The translations under genes were made by a program, and so were the position numbers. From positions 1,920,001-1,984,000 of the forward strand of contig CAWGMQ010000010.1 of the NCBI GenBank assembly GCA_963823665.1: a stretch of DNA of 64,000 nucleotides. Reading direction: 5' to 3'. This DNA comes from an uncultured Planctomycetota bacterium. GTDB lineage: Bacteria > Planctomycetota > Planctomycetia > Isosphaerales > Isosphaeraceae. Positions 13,496 to 22,626 of the stretch are shown here, piece after piece. Below the pieces are notes generated by a model. It made no database searches, was not told the origin of the DNA, and worked only from the letters and a program-made list of their open reading frames with translations. How positions within the stretch are numbered: position 1 is the first letter of the stretch; each line of letters opens with the position of its first letter.

Positions 13496-14800
13496 ATGCA
13501 ACCCCATCTGCTCCCCGTCGCTCCCGACGTACCGCCCGAGACCCTTCGCTCGGTCAACCGCGATCACGCCCGCTTCGCCCGCCACGGCATGCCCGAGGGC
13601 CTCGACCGCTATCTCCTGGAAACCTACGGTCTGGACATGACCGCCTCCTACGCCGGGATCACCCTCGCGAACCCCTGGGGCAAGGCATCCGGCCAGCTCT
13701 CGCTCAACCGCGCCTCGGTCTCGGAAGCCGCCGATGCCGGCCTCGCGCTCGTCGTGCTCAAGACCGTCATCGCCCAGGACGCGAACGGCAACCAGGCCAT
13801 GTCCGCCTGGGCGATCAAGGAATCCAAGCTGTCCCTCGAGCGAATCAAGAGCGCTGACTCCGCCGAAGAAGGATGGACCGTCACCTGGAACGGCCGCGGC
13901 TGGTGGCAAACCCTCGATGATTACCTCGATCTCGTCCGCTCCGCCTGCCAGATCGGCCTGGAACGCCAGCTTCTGGTGGTCCCATCGGTCAAATATCACC
14001 TGCCGAATCCAGGCGAGACGACCTGGCACACGGACGAGTACCAAGTCACCACCCGCGCCATCCTCGACGCCTTTCAATCGGCCGGCGGCGCCTGGCCGAT
14101 GCCTCTCGAAAAAGACTTTTCCCCAACCCTGGCCGGTTCCGATCGCGCCGCTACCAGAGCGTCGGTGCTCGAATGGATCAGGCGCGTCCCGGGCTTGATC
14201 CGCGCAGCCGCACCCGACCCAGCCCAGATTCGAGTCGGTCTCAAGCTCTTCAATAGCCTTGATGATGACGAATTTCAGCTTGAGCTCCTCGCCGCAGTAT
14301 TCAAAACACCCGAACCGCCCGACTTCCTCGTCTACGCCAACCGACTGTTCAATCCTGAGCGCATCCACGAAGGCCAGCGCGGCGTCGCATACGGCGGGCC
14401 GGACCTGAGCAACCGGAATCTCCGCATGCTGGCGGCACTCAGGCTCGCTCAAGACGATGGAACCCTCCCCCGGCGTCCGCACGAGATATCCGCGACCGGC
14501 AACATCAGCTCGGGCCGAATCGCCGTCGAATATGCTTTGCGTGGTTGCACCAGCTTCCAGATCCACACGCTCTTCCAGCTCCCTGCCTCCGAGTATTCCT
14601 GTTTGAAGGGAACGAAGGTCCACAGAGCGCTGCACAGGCTGTACTTTGATCCCCATGATGGATTCATCGTTTGGGCGCTCCACGCTGCCCGGTGTCTGGG
14701 GTTGTCCCGGCGCGACGGCACCGTCCGCTTCCTGGATCTGTCCAGCGCCGGCGCTCGATCAGCCCTCATTCGGCGCGACCTCGACCCCCAATCGGCGTAG
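13496..14800 (+). CDS. FMN-binding TIM-barrel oxidoreductase, dihydroorotate/dihydropyrimidine dehydrogenase-like
   Basis: GITLANPWGKASG, VVLKTV, ISATGNISS...GCTSFQI resemble PyrD/PreA motifs; the canonical NxSCPN loop is absent. Confidence 0.65.
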   Translation: MQPHLLPVAPDVPPETLRSVNRDHARFARHGMPEGLDRYLLETYGLDMTASYAGITLANPWGKASGQLSLNRASVSEAADAGLALVVLKTVIAQDANGNQAMSAWAIKESKLSLERIKSADSAEEGWTVTWNGRGWWQTLDDYLDLVRSACQIGLERQLLVVPSVKYHLPNPGETTWHTDEYQVTTRAILDAFQSAGGAWPMPLEKDFSPTLAGSDRAATRASVLEWIRRVPGLIRAAAPDPAQIRVGLKLFNSLDDDEFQLELLAAVFKTPEPPDFLVYANRLFNPERIHEGQRGVAYGGPDLSNRNLRMLAALRLAQDDGTLPRRPHEISATGNISSGRIAVEYALRGCTSFQIHTLFQLPASEYSCLKGTKVHRALHRLYFDPHDGFIVWALHAARCLGLSRRDGTVRFLDLSSAGARSALIRRDLDPQSA

Positions 14801-15395
14801 CCCGTCGCATAGCCCGGCCGTGTCAACGTAGTGCAAGCCCTCGAGCCCCGCCGCCCGTGCGCCCTCGACATTCTCGGCCATATCGTCGATGAAGATGCAC
14901 GAGCCCGGCGCAGCTCCCGCCGCGCACGCGCACGCTTCATAGAACCGAGCGTCCGGCTTCATGCAACCCACCTCGTGAGAGAGAACAAGCGCATCGAATC
15001 GATCGAGCGTCGCGGCAAATCGTCGACGGTAGTATGGAGCGTGCAGCGCAGTTGGTATTCGACCCGAGAATCAAGGTGTACCCGCGCGAATCAAGCGATG
15101 CAATCAGCCGCGAAACCGGCTCGTTCAACCAGAAGATGTCCTCGAAGTCGCGCACGAAGTCTTCAAACGGTAGCGAGATCCCCAGCCCGTCCGTCACGCT
15201 CTCGGCAAACGCGGCGGGGCTGATCAAGCCCGTTTCGAACGGCGCGTGCAGCTTCCCAAATCCCGCGTCGCGAAGCTGCGTGCGGACCGATTCACCCGAA
15301 CGCCCGAGCCTCGCGCCCAGACGATCATAAAACCGCCGATAGTCAAAATACGCGACCACATTGCCGAAATCGAAGACTAGCACGGGTAGACGCAT
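14759..15395 (-). CDS. HAD-superfamily phosphatase (YihX-like), one frameshift near 15045
   Basis: VFDFGNV (motif I), SNTN, KPD, FIDD...NVEGARAAG across ORFs 14937-15395 and 14759-14971. Confidence 0.85.
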
Positions 15396-15581
15396 CGATC
15401 CTCCACTCCCCAGCTCCCCCGCAGATTATCCCCGAATTTCTCTGGCTGCCAAGATGATCTGCCTTGCGCAGCCACATAAGCTTTGACTCATGAACCATCT
15501 GTGGTTATCCTTCAGGAAACCTGCCAGCCTGCGAAGAAGCCAGCACGGTCGTCGATGACCTGTCGGATGGAGTATGCACCC

Positions 15582-17027
15582 ATGAGCGCGATCAATTTGC
15601 ATGGCAGCGCACGCCGGGATCGGACGATAGGCTCGACTCGCCGCGAGGCACTCAGAGCGGGCATTCTGTCGCTTCTCGGCGGTTTGGGCAGCCCGCCCGT
15701 CGTACGGGCGCTCGAGGCCTCTCGCGAGCCTTACCGGCACCCCGCGCGAGCCAAGAGCGTGGTGCTTATCTACCTCCAGGGCGGCCCGCCCACCCAGGAC
15801 ATGTTCGACCTCAAGCCCGGCGCCCCCGAAGGCATCCGCAGCGAGTTCAAGCCGATCGCCTCGAGTGCGCCCGGCATCGACGTCTGCGAGCTGCTTCCCT
15901 TGACTGCCCGCTGGATGCACACGACGACAGTGGTCCGCAGCGTCTTCCACAACGGAGGCTGCCACAAGAATTTGCCAATGTACACCGGCTTTGATGTGAA
16001 CCTTCTGGACGAAGACTTCCGCGACACCGATCCGCCCAGCATGGGCTCGGTGTGCGCTTACCTGGAGCGCGACAATCCGCCCGCTTTGCCGCCGTACGTG
16101 TATCTCCCCTGTCCGCTCGGCTGGGGTGAAGCTCGCAAGAAAGCCGGCCCGCACGCCGGGTTCCTCGGTCGGCGCTTTGACCCATTTTGCACCGAATGCA
16201 CCGCATCGGTCGACCACCCACCGGACGACATCTGGGCTCCCCAGATTGTCCGCGGCCAGCCCTATTTGAGCGGAGCTAGCCTTCCGGATGAAGTCTCGCT
16301 CGCTCGCCTGCGCGATCGTCGCCGCCTGGTCGACCAGTCTGACGGGCCGTTCGTCAATCAAGTTTCCCAGGCCGGCCTCGGTGATTACCCGAGGCTTGAG
16401 CGCCTGGCCTTCGACATGCTCACAACCGAGCGGCTCCGAAATGCATTTGACTCGACCCGCGAGGATCCCCGCCTGCGAGAGCGGTACGGCGACACGCTTT
16501 TCGGCTCTGCGCTGCTCCTGGCCCGCCGGCTTCTGGAACGAGATGTGCGATTCATCAACGTCAGTTGGGATAATTACTCGAAGCGGTTCGGCGTGAGCAA
16601 AGCCGCCTGGGATACGCACGAGCGGAACTTCCCGATGCTCAAGGAGACGCTGCTCCCGAACTTCGACCAGTCCTACTCGGCATTCCTGGCCGATCTGGAC
16701 GCGCGTGGTCTCTTGGACGAGACGCTCGTCGTGACCATGGGCGAGATGGGCCGCACTCCCCAGGTCAACGCCAAGGGCGGCCGCGACCACTGGACCTATT
16801 GCTATTCCGTGCTCCTGGCCGGCGCGGGAATCAAGCGCGGCACGATCTGGGGCGCCTCCGACCAGCACGCGGCATTCATCAAGGACAATCCGGTTCATAT
16901 TCGCGACATCTGTGCAACGATCTATCACTTGCTCGGCATCGACCCCGCGATGCCCGTCTACGACCGCGGCGGTCGCCCCACCCCCGTCGCCCACGGCGGC
17001 CGCCCCATCACCGGCATCCTGGCCTGA
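15582..17027 (+). CDS. DUF1501 domain protein with Tat-like signal
   Basis: TRREALRAG, AKSVVLIYLQGGPPTQDMFDLKP, WDTH, GEMGRTP, GRDHW, LAGAGIKRG...G.SD. Confidence 0.93.
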   Translation: MSAINLHGSARRDRTIGSTRREALRAGILSLLGGLGSPPVVRALEASREPYRHPARAKSVVLIYLQGGPPTQDMFDLKPGAPEGIRSEFKPIASSAPGIDVCELLPLTARWMHTTTVVRSVFHNGGCHKNLPMYTGFDVNLLDEDFRDTDPPSMGSVCAYLERDNPPALPPYVYLPCPLGWGEARKKAGPHAGFLGRRFDPFCTECTASVDHPPDDIWAPQIVRGQPYLSGASLPDEVSLARLRDRRRLVDQSDGPFVNQVSQAGLGDYPRLERLAFDMLTTERLRNAFDSTREDPRLRERYGDTLFGSALLLARRLLERDVRFINVSWDNYSKRFGVSKAAWDTHERNFPMLKETLLPNFDQSYSAFLADLDARGLLDETLVVTMGEMGRTPQVNAKGGRDHWTYCYSVLLAGAGIKRGTIWGASDQHAAFIKDNPVHIRDICATIYHLLGIDPAMPVYDRGGRPTPVAHGGRPITGILA

Positions 17028-17047
17028 GCGCAAGAGCCTCAGCTCGA

Positions 17048-17113
17048 AATCTTGGTCCTAATCTTAATCTGAATCCTAATCCTAATCCTAATCCTAATCC
17101 TAATCCCAATCTT
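17048..17113. repeat. Hexanucleotide tandem repeat (AATCCT consensus, 11 degenerate units)
   Basis: aatctt ggtcct aatctt aatctg (aatcct)x5 aatccc aatctt, just after the DUF1501 stop. Confidence 0.9.
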
Positions 17114-17146
17114 GCCCCGACCCTTCACCCCACCCCGACCAGCCAT

Positions 17147-17198
17147 TTCGTTTTGTACATTCGTCGCGCGTCCTTACGCCACAAGGACTACGGGAACG
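17147..17198 (+). repeat. 52-nt direct repeat, copy 1; core GTCCTT-N7-AAGGAC
   Basis: Ungapped alignment to 18098-18149, 43/52 identical by hand count. Confidence 0.8.
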
Positions 17199-18097
17199 CA
17201 CTCGCTCCATCCAGATGGCCCTGGCGCCCGGCCTGGGATCCTCTTCGTCCCCGACGGGTGCGAGGGAGAACGAAAGGAGTGGCTCGCCATTTGACCCGTC
17301 GTGGATAACGTGCGCCGACGCTTGACCCCCCAAATCGCTGTCACCGCTGTCATCTCCTTCGACGGCCCTCGCTCCACGTACCGATGCCGCCGATTCGGTC
17401 TGCCGACCCGATGCCTCCGGGTCGTCGCGTTACCACGCACGCTAGCGATCGGAGCTCCGCGCAGTTCGCTCGTCGTTTCCGCATCGAAAAAAGCCGTTCA
17501 AACATAGTGAACAACACGGCGAAATCATTTTGGCAATTCTGCGGTGGCATTGCCAAGTGTTTTTCCAATCGCGTGAAAACGCACACGTCAGGTCCGATCC
17601 TTTGATTCAGATTCGACATGCGGAACAGCCGTGCCCGGCCCGGATCACCGCTCGAACGATCGAAAAATGGCAAAAAGTGGCAATCCTGGGAGGGTGTTCG
17701 AGCATCCGTACACCGGTGTAAACTGGCCGCTTTCAGCAGCGGCCAGCGGTCATCATCCATTGGTTCTTGAAGCTCGCTCAACGCAGTTCCAATCACGGTC
17801 TCTTCTCCCGAGTAGGTCAGGCTTCAGCCTGACGATCTCCAGATCAACCGATGAGCCGGACGTCCTGCGAGATCAGTCCTCCAGCCTGAAACGCGAACGA
17901 ATTGCGCCTCGAGTTCCCGGTTATTGGGGTCGATCTCAGCGGTTCCCGCACCGCCCGCCGGCGCGCACCCCCGGCTCCTATCTAGATGATCTACAAAACC
18001 CCCGATCCATTTGCGCCGAAGATGTGGTATTCGTCCATTTCGAGCGAGATTTCTCCGCCGTCTGCCCCCCCGTCCTCCGCACCGATTCTCGGCGGAG

Positions 18098-18149
18098 TTC
18101 GTTTTGAGCATTCAACGCGCGTCCTTTCCCCGCAAGGATTAAGGGAACG
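18098..18149 (+). repeat. 52-nt direct repeat, copy 2; core GTCCTT-N7-AAGGAT
   Basis: ttcgttttgagcattcaacgcgcgtcctttccccgcaaggattaagggaacg versus copy 1. Confidence 0.8.
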
Positions 18150-18289
18150 AACCGATTCGTCCCGCCCGCGCGTGTTACGTGCGGATCTCAAGGCCCCGCA
18201 CCCGCCGAGACCGAAGTTAAGCCTGATCGCACGCGTCCGTCGAGCCGATCTCAATCAAACATCGCCTGGCCAAACCAACCGCACCCAGG

Positions 18290-18628
18290 CTAAGCCCCAG
18301 CGCCGCCATCAGATACCCAACCCCAAGGGTGTCGAACCCCCAGGAAAAGCTGGACCAGCATTACATGAACAACGACCGTGCCAGCCGTGAACAGCATCCC
18401 GATGCCCAGGTAATAACAAAACGTGAACGACACATCCTCGGACTTGCCGAAAATCCCTTGAGCTTGAAGCGCCTCAGGCTGCATCTCAATTGCAGCCCAT
18501 TCCATATACTGAGGCGAAGTCAGTTTGAAATACGTTCCGATCTTGAGGACGAAGACGCTCATCCAAACCAAAATGAAGCCAACCAAGAGAGGATTGCGCA
18601 ACATGACCCGAACCTCGATTCGCAGCAA
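18290..18628 (-). CDS. Hypothetical membrane protein, possibly a 5'-truncated remnant
   Basis: Two hydrophobic segments (LLVGFILVWMSVFVL, YYLGIGMLFTAGTVVVHVMLV); no clear start or RBS. Confidence 0.4.
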   Translation of the reverse strand: MLRIEVRVMLRNPLLVGFILVWMSVFVLKIGTYFKLTSPQYMEWAAIEMQPEALQAQGIFGKSEDVSFTFCYYLGIGMLFTAGTVVVHVMLVQLFLGVRHPWGWVSDGGAGA

Positions 18629-18937
18629 ACGGGGAAACGTGGTCGTCGTTCGCCCTCGGCGATTCTATCACGTTCATCGCCGGAGCTCAGCGCGAGCTCC
18701 CGGCGCTCGCGGGCAGACTGGTCTGGCCGAATCGATTCGCCGCGACAGCGAGCGGCAGGTTAATAACCAGATAGCAGACCCAAGCGTAGCATACTCATCG
18801 CACTCGGAGGTGCATCGCGACGGTCGCGACCACGAGTTGGAGGACGATGGGCCATCCGCGAGTTAAAAGATGGTCGGAAGACGCGACCAAGAGGATCAAC
18901 CGTTAAATCGCGCGAGAATCGCTCCACGCCCGCGGCG

Positions 18938-19168
18938 TTGGCGCCGCTGGCACAAGAGATAGCGGTGTACAAAGCTCACCAGCCGCGATTGCTTCGGGAA
19001 CACGCCGGCCAGTTTGTCCTCATCAATGCCGATCAGATCGTTGGAGTTTTCCCCGATCGCTCCTCCGCACTCGACGAGGGTTACCGACGCTTCGGAATTG
19101 TGTCCTTTCTCGTTAAGGAAATCTCCGAAACCCAGCCCGCGATCTATCTTCCGAATATAGTGCCGTGA
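18938..19168 (+). CDS. Small DUF5678-like protein
   Basis: LLREHAGQFVLINADQIVGVFPDRSSALDEGYRRFG..FLVKEI pattern; 3 nt upstream of the retropepsin-like gene. Confidence 0.65.
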   Translation: MAPLAQEIAVYKAHQPRLLREHAGQFVLINADQIVGVFPDRSSALDEGYRRFGIVSFLVKEISETQPAIYLPNIVP

Positions 19169-19482
19169 GCCATGCCGAGGTTGGAATCGCCGATCGGCGA
19201 AGATGGGCCGATCATCGACATCAGGTGCTGGGTCAGCCCCGAGTACGAAAACGCGGTCCGATCGCACGCATCCCCGCGCCCGAAGCCCTTCTCAACTCGC
19301 GGACTCATCGACACCGGCGCCCGTGCCACGGCGATTCAACACTTGCTCGTCCAAGGTATGGGCCTTCCAATTCACGATTGGATGACCATCACATCGTCCG
19401 CATCTGGGAACGAAGTGCGTGAAGCTCCGGTCTATCAACTCAGGATGACTTTCGGATCCCTCGAGGCCGACGATGCCCCTAA

Positions 19483-19630
19483 GGAACAGGCCGGAAATAA
19501 CTTCCCGATTTCGGTCTCAATCCTACCACGACGGAAAGCCCTCGTTCCGACGCTCTGCGTCGGAACGGTCTTTGTGCCGCTCCGCGGCGCACTTCACGTA
19601 AATCGACGGAATTTGGTTCCGGCCCGTTCC
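19483..19630. mobile_element. 148-bp MITE with GGAACRGGCCGGAA terminal inverted repeats and a TAA target-site duplication
   Basis: TAA at 19480-82 and 19631-33; left end ggaacaggccggaa, right end ttccggcccgttcc; excision restores the reading frame. Confidence 0.9.
19541..19590. repeat. REP-type palindrome nested in the MITE
   Basis: Perfect hairpin cgttccgacgc-tct-gcgtcggaacg (19543-19567) followed by gtgccgc-tcc-gcggcgc; resembles the CTCGTTCCCACGCTCTGCGTGGGAA REP family. Confidence 0.75.
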
Positions 19631-19963
19631 TAAGTGGCGAATCATTCGCGCAGTCGGCGTCCGCGTCGTTTCCCCTGGGGCATTGATTCTGATTGGACAG
19701 GATCTTCTTGCGACATGTCGTTTCACATACGACGGACGAAAGGCTCGCTTGATGATGTCTTAGTAGGTCCCCGGCGTCACGCCATCCGTCCGGGCCAATA
19801 CCCGCCAGACAGTCGTGACCGTACGGCGGCCAAGCCTGCTCCCTCGAATGAACCAAGCTGACCTCGACAAGGCATTTCGAATGAGAAAGGTTGGAATGCC
19901 GCAACCAAGAAAACCGCGATCAAACGTCGAATTTCATTCTTTCTGGCTTCCTGCCCGGCGCAC

Positions 19964-20341
19964 TCACCGCACCTGCAAGTGCATCGCGAGCTTCGCAACG
20001 ACGAGCTGATTGAGGCTCACGCCTTCCGCTTCCGCTTCGCTGGCTAGCGCCGCGTGCAGCGATTTGGGAACGCGCACATTGAACTTGCCGCTATACTCCC
20101 GCTTCTGCGGACCAGTGGGCGGCTCAGGCAGGCTGTCGATCAACCGGTCGACCGCCCGGCTTTCCTTCGTCTTGGCAAAAGCCGCCCGGTCCTTGGCATT
20201 CGGAAACAGTCGTGCGAACGGCCCTCCGGGGCCGTAGATGGCGTTGTTGGCGTCTACCCAGGTGAAGCCCGTTGTCTTCGCCAGCTCGCGCGCTCGCGCC
20301 AGAAGTTCCTGCGCCCGGCTTTCTGTAGTTCGTTTCGACAT
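19964..20341 (-). CDS. HicB-family antitoxin-like protein with a C-terminal ribbon-helix-helix and an atypical N-terminal domain
   Basis: YSGKFNVRVPKSLHAALASEAEAEGVSLNQLVVAKL is the HicB RHH signature. Confidence 0.8.
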   Translation of the reverse strand: MSKRTTESRAQELLARARELAKTTGFTWVDANNAIYGPGGPFARLFPNAKDRAAFAKTKESRAVDRLIDSLPEPPTGPQKREYSGKFNVRVPKSLHAALASEAEAEGVSLNQLVVAKLAMHLQVR

Positions 20342-20356
20342 TCTTGATACTTCCGA

Positions 20357-20562
20357 TCAATCCAGGTCGATGATCTCGCCGGCATCACGAACTTCAAAGT
20401 AAATCGCGCGCTGGCCAAGCTGCTTTCCGATGCGGCTGAATATCTCACGCGCTTCCTGAACGCGACTAGACGGGACCAGGACCTCCAGACGGTAATTTGA
20501 CTCTTCATACACGCGGCCGTCGTCCGGCAGGCTCTCGATCAAGCGGTCGACCTGCCGGCTTT
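20357..20562 (-). pseudogene. 3' part of a small hypothetical gene upstream of the HicB-like gene, with its 5' end replaced by a hicB-like fragment
   Basis: ...YEESNYRLEVLVP...IGKQLGQRAIYFEV..EIIDLD*; 20526-20562 matches 20127-20163 at 33/37 nt. Confidence 0.55.
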
Positions 20563-20685
20563 ATTTCCGCCGATTCCCCTGCGTCACAGAAATCAAATCG
20601 CAGGTCCGCATTCCCGAAGGATCTGCTATTGTGCGCCATCCCGCCCCAATCCAAAATCTGAAATCAGAAGGGGGAGCCTCGCCCG

Positions 20686-21642
20686 ATGCCTACCGATCAC
20701 GCAAGCGAACCTCCGACTCGTCGCCGTCGGCGCCGCTGGCGATTAAACGTCCTGCTCGGCCTTACTGCCTTGGTCCTCGCCTTCTTCGTTTTCTCCCGCC
20801 TCACGCCTGAGCAGGCCAGGCGCCTTGGTCCTTGGGGCGAGTCGTTGTATGAGTTGTTCAATCCGCCGGCCGATCACGACGTCAGTCCAGCCGGTCGGCG
20901 TCTGATCGCCGAGGTAAAGACGCTCGGTGGTGAAGCGCGGCGCCTGGGGCAAGCGCCCGGATTCCTTCGGCTCGTCGGCGGCACCGACTCGTTCCACATC
21001 CGCGTGAACGGAACGCGGTTCGGTGATGAGGACCTGGCGCGGCTCGTCCAGAACTACGGCAAGCTGATTTGGGGCCTCGACATTCGCAACACGAACGTTT
21101 CAGACGAGGGGCTTCGACACCTGACGGGTCTGTCCAGCCTCGAGCAGCTCGTGCTTGGTAACGACGATTTGAGCGGCTCTCGCGGAATTGAACGAATTCA
21201 ACCGCCGACGAGCCCCATCACCGACGCCGGCTTGGTCCACCTACGAGACTTGCCGCACCTCATGAGCTTGAACGTCAGCGGTTTGCCGATCACGGATGCG
21301 GGGCTCGCGTCGATCGGCGACCTACCAAACCTCGGGGCTCTGTATCTGAGCCGAACGAAGGTGCACGGTCAGAACCTCGGCAAGTTGAAGTGGCTACCGA
21401 AGCTGGCGATCCTCTATCTTGACAAGAGCGAAGTGACCGAAAAGGCCCTCAGCCAGCTCGCCGGCGGTTCAAACCTCCAGTTCCTTTCCCTTAACAGTCT
21501 CTCCCTGACGGCCGAGGGATTGAAGACGTTAAAGGCCCTGCCAGGGCTCCGGCAACTGGACATCATCGGTTGTGGATTGCTCGACGAAGAAGTGGACGAC
21601 CTCCGAACCAGCAAACCCGCTCTGAAGATCCAGCGATACTGA
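20686..21642 (+). CDS. Membrane-anchored leucine-rich repeat protein
   Basis: RRRRRW followed by a TM helix; repeats TNVSDEGLRHL, ITDAGLVHL, ITDAGLASI, LYLSRTKV; GGGGAG RBS. Confidence 0.9.
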   Translation: MPTDHASEPPTRRRRRRWRLNVLLGLTALVLAFFVFSRLTPEQARRLGPWGESLYELFNPPADHDVSPAGRRLIAEVKTLGGEARRLGQAPGFLRLVGGTDSFHIRVNGTRFGDEDLARLVQNYGKLIWGLDIRNTNVSDEGLRHLTGLSSLEQLVLGNDDLSGSRGIERIQPPTSPITDAGLVHLRDLPHLMSLNVSGLPITDAGLASIGDLPNLGALYLSRTKVHGQNLGKLKWLPKLAILYLDKSEVTEKALSQLAGGSNLQFLSLNSLSLTAEGLKTLKALPGLRQLDIIGCGLLDEEVDDLRTSKPALKIQRY

Positions 21643-21686
21643 GGCACCACACACGGCACGGCGTGGCCGGCCAGTTCCCATCCCCG

Positions 21687-22309
21687 TTAGCGTTGGCCAT
21701 CGAGTGAGAATCGCCCGCACTCTGAACGCCACCGCCTCGCCCCCTCCGCAACAAGCCGCGCCAGGTCCCCAAACGTTCGCAGGTCTCCGATCGTGACCCG
21801 GGACGGAAGGAAAAAGCGATTACAGGTCCAAGCCCCAATCCACGAGAGAGCAGATACGCACACGCCGCCGCAGACCACGATCGGCGAAATCAGCAACCCA
21901 GCCAGAGCGACAAGCAATCCAAATACCAACCCCCAGAAGCCCAACTCATACAAAGGCCCGCTCACCTTCACGTCCGGAAGTGAGTTCGGAGCCAATCTCG
22001 CGATGGGCCCGGTGAACACCTCAGGATGCCGCCGCGCGTATGGTTCGAACGGCGTCGAAGGCGCCGCAGAATCCACATTCACACCTGACTGTTGTAACGT
22101 TGAGCGAATCGCCAGGAACGCGCCGGCGGTCAGGCACTTCGAAGCAAGGATGTTGACCGGTTCGATCGAGGGCATGAATGCCGGCTGCGCGATAAACGAG
22201 CAAAGGTCCCGGAGCGTCCAGGACCTGGCCGGTTCGACTACGGCGCGCCACGTCCTGTCTGGCAATCCGAGCTTCCATTCAGTATCGAGCGCCCTCCCGA
22301 GCCGTCTCC
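21687..22309 (-). pseudogene. 5'-truncated paralog of the 25331-26131 membrane protein gene
   Basis: 21646-22309 aligns to 25290-25956; the N-terminal part is missing. Confidence 0.75.
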
Positions 22310-22347
22310 TTGTCGCACGGACAGATGGACGCATCACCGGACATGGG

Positions 22348-22626
22348 TTAGTGCTGGTGGTCGAGCTCGAACAACGCTCTCTTGAACGACACTTTCGCGC
22401 CCTCGACCGAGGCCTTCGAGACATACCCTTTCTCGTACATCCGCTCGGCCCATTGCATTCGGTCGGACGCCCGTCGATAGTCATCCAGTAATCGCACGAG
22501 TCTGGCCAGTTCGCGATCGCGTCGGGCCATCCTGATGCTTTGGATGACGAGTGCCGACACGAGGGCCGCGACGACGATCAGGATCATCATCTGCCGCACC
22601 GTGAACCGCACGCGGGGAAGTCGCAT
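22348..22626 (-). CDS. Small membrane-anchored protein with an 'RFTVRxMM' N-terminus and a helical C-terminal segment
   Basis: MRLPRVRFTVRQMMILIVVAALVSALVI; WAERMYEKGYVSK resembles HlyD/TolC-type helical hairpin segments; GAGG RBS. Confidence 0.7.
   Translation of the reverse strand: MRLPRVRFTVRQMMILIVVAALVSALVIQSIRMARRDRELARLVRLLDDYRRASDRMQWAERMYEKGYVSKASVEGAKVSFKRALFELDHQH

Larger units (their letters stand above)
19172..19763 (+). pseudogene. Retropepsin-like (clan AA) aspartyl protease interrupted by a MITE; 146 aa when the insert is removed
   Basis: LIDTGA catalytic motif before the insert; after it the frame resumes KWRIIRAVGVRVVSPGALILIGQDLLATCRFTYDGRKARLMMS*, carrying the LIGxDLL/FTYDG C-terminal motif. 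Confidence 0.88.

Noticed and set aside
12782..14683. 633-aa minus-strand ORF and similar long antisense ORFs (15426-17033, 45084-46262, 57378-58697)
   Set aside because: Shadow frames of well-supported genes on the other strand in high-GC DNA; no motifs
17048..17113. NPNPNP protein repeat in ORF 16799-17308, or a telomere-like repeat
   Set aside because: The ORF overlaps DUF1501 out of frame and has no other coding signal; the tract is short and internal
17147..18149. 52-nt repeats as a CRISPR array
   Set aside because: Only two copies, ~900 bp apart, and no cas genes
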